A DNA stretch of 64,000 nt from an uncultured Bacillota bacterium (GTDB taxonomy: Bacteria > Bacillota_I > Bacilli_A > RF39 > UBA660), in assembly GCA_947168485.1 (NCBI GenBank), contig CAMVLZ010000002.1:36523-100522 (forward strand), written 5' to 3'. A program made the translations under genes and the position numbers. This document shows, in pieces, positions 1-7,803 of the stretch. The first letter of the stretch is position 1; each line of letters begins with the position of its first letter. The notes under the pieces were generated by a model. It made no database searches. It was given only the letters and a program-made list of their open reading frames with translations, and was not told where the DNA came from.

Positions 1-616
1 AAGCTAAACCTATAATTATAGGTAAAACTATAATTATAGTCCATACTCCATTTTGTACAAAGAAGTACCAATCATATTTATAAGATACTTTTCCATTACT
101 CATATGAATTAAAATATTGATTACATAAAATAATGCATAAATAATCATAGGAATTAATCCATAAAAAGTATCCTTAAATTTTAAAGTATCACTCCGTTCA
201 AAGAAATAAAAACTAATTATACTTAAAACAGGTACAATTAAATGAAAAAACAAATTACTATTTTGAATCATCACTAATACTCCACCTTCAGCAATCCATG
301 CTAAATAAAGAAACACTACTAAAAATGTTAAAGTAACACCACAAGTACCCATCAATTTAAATATATAAATACTTTTAGGTATCTTACTAATTTTACCTTT
401 TAATAATAATACTTCATATATTACAAATACTAATGAAACTATACCCATTAATATATTAGAATCAACTGTAAAGAATTTAAACATCTCAATTGATCTAGCT
501 TCTAACACTAAATCATTATCAGTAAACACTATACCACTAAACATCATATAAACACCAAAGCTTACTAATAAGACTATTATAATATTAAGTATTAATGAAA
601 TAATTGTTCTTTTCAT
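1..616 (-). CDS. multi-pass membrane protein, partial (C-terminus lies outside the window)
   Basis: Not in the ORF track because no stop falls inside the window. Hand translation from ATG at 616-614 (preceded by AGGTGG) gives MKRTIISLILNIIIVLLVSFGVYMMFSG... and stays open to position 2. It contains several hydrophobic helices. Confidence 0.6.
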   Translation of the reverse strand, partial: MKRTIISLILNIIIVLLVSFGVYMMFSGIVFTDNDLVLEARSIEMFKFFTVDSNILMGIVSLVFVIYEVLLLKGKISKIPKSIYIFKLMGTCGVTLTFLVVFLYLAWIAEGGVLVMIQNSNLFFHLIVPVLSIISFYFFERSDTLKFKDTFYGLIPMIIYALFYVINILIHMSNGKVSYKYDWYFFVQNGVWTIIIVLPIIIGLA

Positions 617-639
617 AAAACCACCTAAATTTATTATAA

Positions 640-663
640 CAAAAAAAGGAGATAAATCTCCTC
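640..663 (-). terminator. intrinsic terminator after the 354-aa gene
   Basis: Minus strand AGGAGA-UUUA-UCUCCU followed by a U-run, immediately downstream of the stop at 664. Confidence 0.7.
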
Positions 664-1728
664 TTATTTTTTTAAAGTTTTATTTTTCTTTAAAGATTCA
701 TAATCTCTATTTAATCTTTTAGCAAATATCATCTTACAATAATCAGATATTAAATTACCAGTAGATTCATTAGGTCTATCAAAACCATATCTTCTATAAT
801 GTGATTCATCATCAATAATAACATTAGATAAATCAATTTCAGTTAAAATATAATCAACAGTCTCTTTTTCTTCTTCACTAACTATACCTTGTGCAAGAGA
901 CTCTTCTATTAATGTATTAGTATCTACTCTATCATAATTTAATCTATAATATTCACTATTTATAGTAAGCATTAAATTAGATCCTTCAACACTAATTCTA
1001 TTTAATTCTTTTACTGATTTTAAATAATCTAATATATTTTCTTTATCTTCAGAAGATAATTTATCAAAATAATCTTTTTCTTCTTTTAATAAAGTACCCT
1101 GATTTTTGATTGATACTAATCTAGCTAATTCACTTTTACGTTCTTCTATTCTCTCTTTAAGTTTTTCTCTACCAAATAATTTATGTTGTAATTTCTCTAA
1201 ATCCTCATCTAATGATTTAGATAATTCCATTAATTTTTCTTCTAGATCAGTATGTTCTTCTTTCCACTTATTATATCTAACAGTAGAAGAATTATTATTA
1301 ATTTCATCTTCTAATTTTTCTATAGTTAAATGTTTACCATTAAATGTAAGAGGATAATACTCTCTATCTTCATTAATCCATTCATAATCATGATAACCAT
1401 GATATTCATAATTATCAGTAACTTCATAATGACCTTTTTCATGATAAGCATCTTTAGAATCTTCAACGTAATCAAAGCTATTACCTTCTATAAAGAATTT
1501 TGAATCTTCTTCAACTTTAATTCCTAAAGATTCTAATTTTTCTAATTTAGATTCAACTACTTCTCTTTGTTTAACAAATTGTTCTCCATAAACTTGAACT
1601 ATATCTAATAATTCATCTTCTTTTTTTCTAGCAACCATTGGTTTAGCACTAGCAACCTTCTTAAAGTAATTTAATAACTCCTCATTATTAATTATAAAAT
1701 GATACATTTTAATTAATTCTTCTGACAT
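664..1728 (-). CDS. hypothetical acidic coiled-coil protein with a His/Tyr/Asp/Glu-rich patch; no signal peptide or TM
   Basis: 354-aa ORF with AGGAGG 8 nt upstream of the ATG. The patch is AYHEKGHYEVTDNYEYHGYHDYEW (residues ~94-117). I recognise no family. It is monocistronic, between a riboswitch-like leader and a terminator. Confidence 0.75.
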   Translation of the reverse strand: MSEELIKMYHFIINNEELLNYFKKVASAKPMVARKKEDELLDIVQVYGEQFVKQREVVESKLEKLESLGIKVEEDSKFFIEGNSFDYVEDSKDAYHEKGHYEVTDNYEYHGYHDYEWINEDREYYPLTFNGKHLTIEKLEDEINNNSSTVRYNKWKEEHTDLEEKLMELSKSLDEDLEKLQHKLFGREKLKERIEERKSELARLVSIKNQGTLLKEEKDYFDKLSSEDKENILDYLKSVKELNRISVEGSNLMLTINSEYYRLNYDRVDTNTLIEESLAQGIVSEEEKETVDYILTEIDLSNVIIDDESHYRRYGFDRPNESTGNLISDYCKMIFAKRLNRDYESLKKNKTLKK

Positions 1729-1756
1729 TTTTTTGTCCTCCTATATCTCGTCTAAC

Positions 1757-1871
1757 AAAAAAGACGAGAACATTTTTATTTCAATGTGTCTCGTCCGAAT
1801 TACTTCTTATATTCCGGGTAAATAATTACCGATTGACGAAATATAACATTTAAGGACTACTCCCAAATTGA
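1757..1871 (-). promoter_or_regulatory. riboswitch-like leader, copy A (yybP-ykoY / Mn2+-like aptamer plus intrinsic terminator)
   Basis: Minus strand: UCAAUUUGGGAGUAGUCC...UUAUAUUUCGUCAAUCGGUAAUUAUUUACCCGGAAUAUAAGAAGUAAUUCGGACGAGACACAUUGA, then GACGAGA(CA)...UCUCGUC+U6. The helices can be drawn by hand. The strings GGGAGUAG, UCGUCAAUCG, CCGG and CGAGAC occur in the same order as I recall for Mn2+ riboswitches. Confidence 0.6.
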
Positions 1872-1878
1872 TGTACAT

Positions 1879-1907
1879 ATTATACCACAAAATTGCCATT
1901 TTGTCAA
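1879..1907 (-). promoter_or_regulatory. SigA-type promoter of leader copy A
   Basis: Minus strand TTGACA (1907-1902), 17-nt spacer, TGgTATAAT (-10 at 1884-1879). Confidence 0.75.
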
Positions 1908-1915
1908 TTTAAGCA

Positions 1916-2215
1916 TTATTTATCACTTATACTATTTTCTAAAAACTCAGTAATTTTATCAGTTAAAGAACATAATGATCTTTGTATAGAAGATGTATAT
2001 GTAACAACAGCTTCTACATATTCAGATTCAGAATCTAACATAGTATGTCCTTCTAAAATATCTTTTGTAACTAATAATTCATTATCACTACCTAGTTCAT
2101 CACACATTCTGTCTACTAGACCAGCAACTATTTTTAATTGTTCCAAAGATATTTCTTTTTTATCTATTAAAGATTTCTCTTTAAACTTTACCATATATTC
2201 ATCAAAATTTTCCAT
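1916..2215 (-). CDS. hypothetical protein (99 aa), coupled to the upstream 517-aa gene
   Basis: The ORF start lies 1 nt after the upstream stop (TGAtATG). No recognisable motif. Confidence 0.6.
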   Translation of the reverse strand: MENFDEYMVKFKEKSLIDKKEISLEQLKIVAGLVDRMCDELGSDNELLVTKDILEGHTMLDSESEYVEAVVTYTSSIQRSLCSLTDKITEFLENSISDK

Positions 2216-2216
2216 A

Positions 2217-3770
2217 TCAATTCCTCTTCTTAAAAATAGATTGTAATTCTTCTCTTTCAGACTTAGATAAATTATCTTTATCCATTAAAGAAACATATCT
2301 TGACCATTTATTAGTAATCTTTACTAGTGCTTTCTTAGTTTCACTTAAACCATAAACTTGATTCTTAGCAGACTCTTTAGCATCATGAGTCTCTTTTAAA
2401 TTAGTACCTACTCCATCAAGACTATTATTCTTTTCTACTTCCTTCAATTGCTCATCTAAAACATCTTCACCTAAAATATCATGACAAATACCAATTAATC
2501 TTTTATCACGTTCTTCATAATATTCATGTAATTCAGATTCATCTAACTTAGTTATATCAACATCTTTATTATGTTCTTCTAATCTAGTTAAAATAACACG
2601 GGCAAAATCTAACTGTAAAGAAGCTAATTTATGATCTCTAGTATTAATAGATAATTGAGAATCTACTCTTGAATTACGTATTTTATCTTTTAGTTGTTTA
2701 TATAAAGATTCAATATCATCAATAGCCATTAATTTAGTTGCATGAAGAGTTTTTCCATAAAAATCATCATTCTTATAATATGTATCATAATTATCTACTA
2801 TATAACTAGTAACACATTCATTTACAACTCTTTTAAATTGTTCAGGATATACTATATTTTCACCAAATGCACTAACATAATCTACGTTATTTCCAATTTG
2901 TTTTTTAGCATCAACTTGAAGATTAATATCAAGTTTATCATATTTTTCTCTAAATTTATTGTAACCTTTAACAAATTTATCATAAGTATCATCTATACCA
3001 AGTTTATTAAAAATTTTAGGTTGTGGACTATTATAATCTTTAAATAATAAATTTCTAACTAATAAGTTTAATGATAATACAGACATAGAAGCAAAAGTTG
3101 AACCAGTAGATGAAATATCTTTTTCAACTATTGAATTTAGAATTAAAGCATCATTAACAATATCAGCAGTATAATAATCACCAATACTACTCAATTCAGG
3201 ATAAGCTTCTAACAATCGATCTTTTTCATCATCATTAAGTGACTCATTATTTTCAATAGCTTTATCAATACTCTCATCCACAAGATTAACAATTTCTTCT
3301 TCACTTAATTCTTTAAAAGATTCATAATCATATTCTTCATTAGAAGATTCATAATTATTCTTTTGTTCTTCTAAACTCTTAACATTTATCTTATAAAATA
3401 TATATTTAGATAAATTATCAGTTAAAGCTTTTATAGGATCTTTTGATGCATTTTCAGCAATCTCTAATATATCATCTTTATCTAAATTAACAGAATGCTT
3501 ATTTTGTAATTTAACTACTTCATCCGCAATCATTAATTCCATTCTACCAGTAGTTTTATTTTTAGATTTAGATAATTCATTAAGTATTTTATCTCTAAAT
3601 AATCTTGCTGACTCAATATTAGTTCTAGTCATAGTATCTATTCTATCTAAAATACTATTTTTTTGTTTTTCAGATTTAAATTCTATTAATGAAAGATATA
3701 TTTCCATAGCTAACATTATTTTTCTTCTTTCATACTCTAACTCATTTTTTCTTTCATCATAATCATTCAT
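2217..3770 (-). CDS. hypothetical acidic/Lys-rich protein (about 517 aa)
   Basis: Long ORF. The track start (GTG at 3779) lies inside the SD GAGGTGG, so ATG at 3770 is the likelier start. No recognisable catalytic motif. Confidence 0.7.
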   Translation of the reverse strand: MNDYDERKNELEYERRKIMLAMEIYLSLIEFKSEKQKNSILDRIDTMTRTNIESARLFRDKILNELSKSKNKTTGRMELMIADEVVKLQNKHSVNLDKDDILEIAENASKDPIKALTDNLSKYIFYKINVKSLEEQKNNYESSNEEYDYESFKELSEEEIVNLVDESIDKAIENNESLNDDEKDRLLEAYPELSSIGDYYTADIVNDALILNSIVEKDISSTGSTFASMSVLSLNLLVRNLLFKDYNSPQPKIFNKLGIDDTYDKFVKGYNKFREKYDKLDINLQVDAKKQIGNNVDYVSAFGENIVYPEQFKRVVNECVTSYIVDNYDTYYKNDDFYGKTLHATKLMAIDDIESLYKQLKDKIRNSRVDSQLSINTRDHKLASLQLDFARVILTRLEEHNKDVDITKLDESELHEYYEERDKRLIGICHDILGEDVLDEQLKEVEKNNSLDGVGTNLKETHDAKESAKNQVYGLSETKKALVKITNKWSRYVSLMDKDNLSKSEREELQSIFKKRN

Positions 3771-3904
3771 AAAAGCCACCTCTATTATAATTATAACAAT
3801 ATAGACATAATTAGACTATATAAAATAATAAAAATCTCCTTTCTTTACAAGTATTTATAAAATGATGATATACTAATATTAAATAAAAAATATAGGAGAA
3901 TAAT

Positions 3905-4339
3905 ATGAAATGTAATAGATGTGGAAGAGAAATTAATGATAATGAATCATACTGCATTTACTGTGGTAATCATATAAATATGAATTATAAAAAAAAATTT
4001 AATAAAGATAAAAAGAAAGAAAAAATTCAAAAGAAAGAAATAAATACTAATGATGATGAAATAGAAGATACTACTCTATTTGTAGCTGGAAAAGTATTCT
4101 TATTTTTAATACCATTAATTATATTCGGAATAGTAATGATGAAACATTATTTAAAAGAAGCACAACATCCACAAACGGAATTTTTTGGACCATTACCAGA
4201 ACTAATGATGGTAGGTTGTTTTGGTTTTTTAGTTTTGATACTATTACTTATTCCACTAGCAATTATAGTTAATGGAGCATTTACTGGAAAATATAGAAAG
4301 CATAAAAATGAAAAAGAAGAAAATAAAAAGACTGAATAA
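3905..4339 (+). CDS. zinc-ribbon membrane protein
   Basis: N-terminal CxxC-x12-CxxC (MKCNRCGREINDNESYCIYCG), a Lys-rich linker and two hydrophobic helices. SD is AGGAGA. Confidence 0.7.
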   Translation: MKCNRCGREINDNESYCIYCGNHINMNYKKKFNKDKKKEKIQKKEINTNDDEIEDTTLFVAGKVFLFLIPLIIFGIVMMKHYLKEAQHPQTEFFGPLPELMMVGCFGFLVLILLLIPLAIIVNGAFTGKYRKHKNEKEENKKTE

Positions 4340-4353
4340 TATTAGTCTTTTTT
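4327..4353 (+). terminator. intrinsic terminator
   Basis: AAAGACU...AGUCUUU stem overlapping the stop codon, followed by a U-run. Confidence 0.6.
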
Positions 4354-4556
4354 AATTAATCTATTAACTCTGTTTTAGCTAATTGTTTATTAATTTTTAA
4401 TTTTAGATCTTCTTCATCAAAAACCACCCCAAAAATTATTCATATTATACCACATAGTGTATAAATACCCAACAAAAAAGCCATTGTATAAAAAAGATTG
4501 ATTTACAAACGAAAAATATTATGATATTATACTTTTACTTTTTTAGGGGGATAATT

Positions 4557-5156
4557 ATGAAAGATTTATTTAAAAATAATTTTTTAATCGCTATACAACT
4601 TTATAATTCAGAAAATGATTTAAGTAGTCATTCAAATGGTTTTTCAAATTATAAATATAGTTTTTCTGAAGAAGATGGATATAAAGAAGAAAATATTTTT
4701 TCAGTTTTTCCAAATGAAGATATAACTACAGGAGAAGATTTTCTAAAATATATAGAATATTTAAATATAAATAATTCTTTTAAAACTATTTCAATCGCAT
4801 GTATTGGAAAAGAATTATACTGCGCTATATTTGGATTAAATGATCAAGAATATGATGAATACATTAAAAGTAGATCAAATGAAGTTGCTGCTGAAGAAAA
4901 TTTCAAATGGTTATCATATTCAATACCATTTGAAAATAAAATATGTTTTAGAATTCCAAAAGAGATAATATTAGGTTCAATAGTAACTAATGAAAATAAA
5001 GATCTAATATTCATTTATAATAAGAATTATATAGATAATTTAAGTAATGAAGAAAAACAAGAATTTATTAACCAATACAAAGAATTAATATTAAATCAAG
5101 TAGAAGATGAAAATCTATATAATAATTGTGTATCTAAAATTAATAAAAAAATATAA
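4557..5156 (+). CDS. hypothetical protein (199 aa)
   Basis: ORF in the track. ATG at 4557 is preceded by AGGGGG, so the longer track start looks like a spurious extension. Confidence 0.6.
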   Translation: MKDLFKNNFLIAIQLYNSENDLSSHSNGFSNYKYSFSEEDGYKEENIFSVFPNEDITTGEDFLKYIEYLNINNSFKTISIACIGKELYCAIFGLNDQEYDEYIKSRSNEVAAEENFKWLSYSIPFENKICFRIPKEIILGSIVTNENKDLIFIYNKNYIDNLSNEEKQEFINQYKELILNQVEDENLYNNCVSKINKKI

Positions 5157-5174
5157 TGTAAAAATAATTCAAAC

Positions 5175-5208
5175 AAAAAAAGATTATTCATCATAATAAT
5201 CTTTTTTT
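5175..5208. terminator. bidirectional terminator between convergent genes
   Basis: AGAUUAUU-CAUCAU-AAUAAUCU hairpin flanked by an A-run and a T-run. Confidence 0.6.
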
Positions 5209-6020
5209 AATTTAATTAATTTTGGGAAATAATTATTATTTAATTTTTTAACTTTCACTTCATTTTTATTCATAGTTAAATCATTAATTTTTTCTGATAA
5301 GAGATTAACATCAGATTCAAGTTCTTTAAGTTGTTTGTCTTTTCTTTTAGATTCATCAACTTGTAGTTCTAATTCAACTATCTTAGCTAACATATTGAAT
5401 TTCAAACTATCAAAGTCATCTGCTTCCAAATTAATAACATATTTATCTTGATTAATAATATTCTTATATCTATCACAATACTCAATAATCAATTCTTGAA
5501 TTTTTGAATAATACAATTCCTTAGAATTATCATCTAATAAACTAACGTCATTAACTAATTCATCTAAATATTTCATAATAGAATTATTAAATCGCAAAGC
5601 ATTTAATTTATTATCACAAGCACTTTCTATTTCTTCATTTAAAATATAATTAGACTTATACTTTTTAGTTAAATTTTTTAAATATAATTCATGTAAAGTA
5701 GACTCAACCACACTATTTTCTCTAGGGAAAACTATTTCCCAAGCTAAAGATTTTATACTTTCATTATTTGAATTTATATAATAATATTTATCAGTAACAT
5801 TATCATACATAATATATTTCTTATTATCATCATCTATAGGATTTTCTATATCTTTAATAAAATTATAATAAGACTCTGTATAATCAATATAATCATAAAT
5901 GTTAACCCAATAAACTTTTAACTTTTCAATATCAATTTTAATCTTTTTCTTTAATAAATCATCAACACATAAACGTTCAATTAATTCTTGGTCTTCTTTA
6001 TTATATTTTGTAAAACTCAT
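5184..6020 (-). CDS. hypothetical coiled-coil protein (278 aa)
   Basis: ORF in the track. ATG at 6020 is preceded by GAGGGG; the track start TTG at 6041 is probably spurious. Confidence 0.6.
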   Translation of the reverse strand: MSFTKYNKEDQELIERLCVDDLLKKKIKIDIEKLKVYWVNIYDYIDYTESYYNFIKDIENPIDDDNKKYIMYDNVTDKYYYINSNNESIKSLAWEIVFPRENSVVESTLHELYLKNLTKKYKSNYILNEEIESACDNKLNALRFNNSIMKYLDELVNDVSLLDDNSKELYYSKIQELIIEYCDRYKNIINQDKYVINLEADDFDSLKFNMLAKIVELELQVDESKRKDKQLKELESDVNLLSEKINDLTMNKNEVKVKKLNNNYFPKLIKLKKDYYDE

Positions 6021-6202
6021 TCTAATCCCCTCGAATGTCAATTATTATATCATAAAGAAAATACTTTTTATCAAAAAAAGAATATGATTACATATACTTT
6101 TTATTACATCCATGAAAATCTACAACTATAATCTTAAATAATTAAACAAAAAACTATTATCAACCTTCAAATTACTATTATATTCAATAAATCACCTATA
6201 AT

Positions 6203-6231
6203 AAAAACTATGTGTAATACACATAGTTTTT
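6203..6231 (-). terminator. intrinsic terminator after the 457-aa gene
   Basis: ACUAUGUGUA/UACACAUAGU palindromic hairpin with flanking U-runs. Confidence 0.65.
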
Positions 6232-6245
6232 CTATTAACTTCTTA

Positions 6246-7619
6246 TTAATTACCTTTATAAACACATTTAATAGGCTTAGTTACTTTTCCTCCAGGAATA
6301 TAATCACTTAACTTTTTAGTACCATCAGTTATATCCAAAGAAGGTACTAAATCTCCTTTATTAATCATATTATAAAACTTAATTTTATTATCATCCTTTT
6401 TACTATCAACTTTATCACGTGTTAAAGTAATAATATCATAAGCAGTTTGCACTTGTCCATTTGAACTAAATGTACCAAAACCATTTCCTTGAGAATCAAC
6501 CATAACTCCAAAATTTTGAATAATTGAAGTATTATTTTGATTATATTTAACCATATAAAATTGTCCAGCAACATCTGAATTATTCCAAGGAGATCTTCTA
6601 ATTGGAACAATTAAATCAGCAGCAGATCTACCAGTTTTAGTTGTAAATGAATAATAATATATTCCAGGTCCAAGATCATTTATTGATTTACCATTACAAA
6701 TTAATTCATCATTATATGCTAAATTTCTTAAATTATTTGAATATTCCTTCGCAGTAGAAACAAAAGTATTCTTTCTACTGTTTTCATAAGTACGCGAAGT
6801 AGCAGAAATAGAGCCAAGAATTCCAGCAACAATCAAACCAATAAAAGCTAGACTAATAATAACAACAATAATAACTATAGCAGAATTACCATTACCAGCT
6901 GCTCTACATCTATTAATTCTCTCATTTTCATCTGGTGTACTTCTTATAATATTATTAATTTTAATATCAGCTTTAACTAATTTATAATTAGGAAACTCTT
7001 TAGCATAATGAATAGCTAATGCTAATCCTGCAACCATGTTAACTATTGAACATATAGGTCTAAGTGGAGGTAATAGAGTTTGTACGAAACCAGTCGCAAA
7101 ACCAATAAGTAAGGCAATTACAAAATAGCTACCTGCCTCTTTAAACAAACCACTTGCTAGTAACCAAATTGGTCCAAAAAAGAAAGTACCAATTGAAAAA
7201 CCACTTTTAGCTACACTATCATATTTACCATGAAAATATGCATCATAATACTTATCTAAATTCTCATTATTTTGAGTAGGCATAGTAAATGAAGGTTGAG
7301 CACTTACTTGACTTAACATAGTACCACAGTTAGTACAATAATTAACACCAGGTGCTACTGGAGCATGACAATTAGGACAATTAGTAGGATTACTATTTTG
7401 AGTAGGCATCCCACTTCCTCCCATTGATTGAACTCCACTATTCATTGGTTGTGTCATATTGTTCATTGGTTGAACATTATTCATTGGTTGAACATTATTC
7501 ATAGGTTGTGACATATTATTCATTGGTTGTGCTCCATTATTTTGATTATTAAAAATAGCTCCACAATGGATACAATAATTTGTATTACTAATATTCATTT
7601 TACAATTAGGACATTCCAT
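6246..7619 (-). CDS. double zinc-ribbon / QPMNN-repeat / multi-pass membrane protein with a C-terminal pilin-like globular domain
   Basis: Contains CPNCK..CIHCG and CPNCH..CTNCG ribbons, QPMNN repeats and hydrophobic helices. The C-terminal ~190 aa align by eye with the 229-aa pilin at 26853..27542 (SRTYENSRKNTFVSTAKEY vs SRTIENSRRNTFLSTAKTY; SPWNNSDVAGQ vs SSWGNADVSGW; LTRDKV vs LTRADV). Confidence 0.8.
   Translation of the reverse strand: MECPNCKMNISNTNYCIHCGAIFNNQNNGAQPMNNMSQPMNNVQPMNNVQPMNNMTQPMNSGVQSMGGSGMPTQNSNPTNCPNCHAPVAPGVNYCTNCGTMLSQVSAQPSFTMPTQNNENLDKYYDAYFHGKYDSVAKSGFSIGTFFFGPIWLLASGLFKEAGSYFVIALLIGFATGFVQTLLPPLRPICSIVNMVAGLALAIHYAKEFPNYKLVKADIKINNIIRSTPDENERINRCRAAGNGNSAIVIIVVIISLAFIGLIVAGILGSISATSRTYENSRKNTFVSTAKEYSNNLRNLAYNDELICNGKSINDLGPGIYYYSFTTKTGRSAADLIVPIRRSPWNNSDVAGQFYMVKYNQNNTSIIQNFGVMVDSQGNGFGTFSSNGQVQTAYDIITLTRDKVDSKKDDNKIKFYNMINKGDLVPSLDITDGTKKLSDYIPGGKVTKPIKCVYKGN
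7440..7529 (-). repeat. in-frame tandem repeat encoding (M/V)(S/T)QPMNN x5
   Basis: CATTGGTTG(N9-12) units are visible in the DNA and translate to QPMNNMSQPMNNVQPMNNVQPMNNMTQPMN. Confidence 0.85.
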
Positions 7620-7675
7620 ATTATCACCATTTTAATTATATCAAAACAACCACTACAAAAAAATATAAATTAACA

Positions 7676-7705
7676 ACAAAAAAAAGAATATGTAAACCAT
7701 ATTCT
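7676..7705 (-). terminator. intrinsic terminator after tRNA-Arg
   Basis: AGAAUAUG-GUUUA-CAUAUUCU hairpin followed by U8 on the minus strand. Confidence 0.7.
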
Positions 7706-7715
7706 ATTTTCTTAA

Positions 7716-7791
7716 TGGTGTCCCTGAGAGGAGTCGAACCTCCGACCAAAGGTTTAGGAAACCTCTGCTCTATCCACTGAGCTACAGAGAC
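7716..7791 (-). tRNA. tRNA-Arg (anticodon CCU), CCA encoded
   Basis: Hand-folded cloverleaf: GUCUCUG/CAGGGAC acceptor stem, GCUC/GAGC D stem, GAGGU-UUCCUAA-ACCUU anticodon arm, GGAGG-UUCGACU-CCUCU T arm. 76 nt. Confidence 0.9.
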
Positions 7792-7803
7792 AAGAAGAAG
7801 TAA

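Noticed and set aside
10-39. The palindromic 12-mer CTATAATTATAG occurs twice, 18 nt apart.
   Set aside because: Both copies lie inside the partial membrane-protein ORF and simply encode Ile-Ile-Ile runs (PIIIG and TIIIV). No flanking structure suggests a binding site or a mobile-element end.
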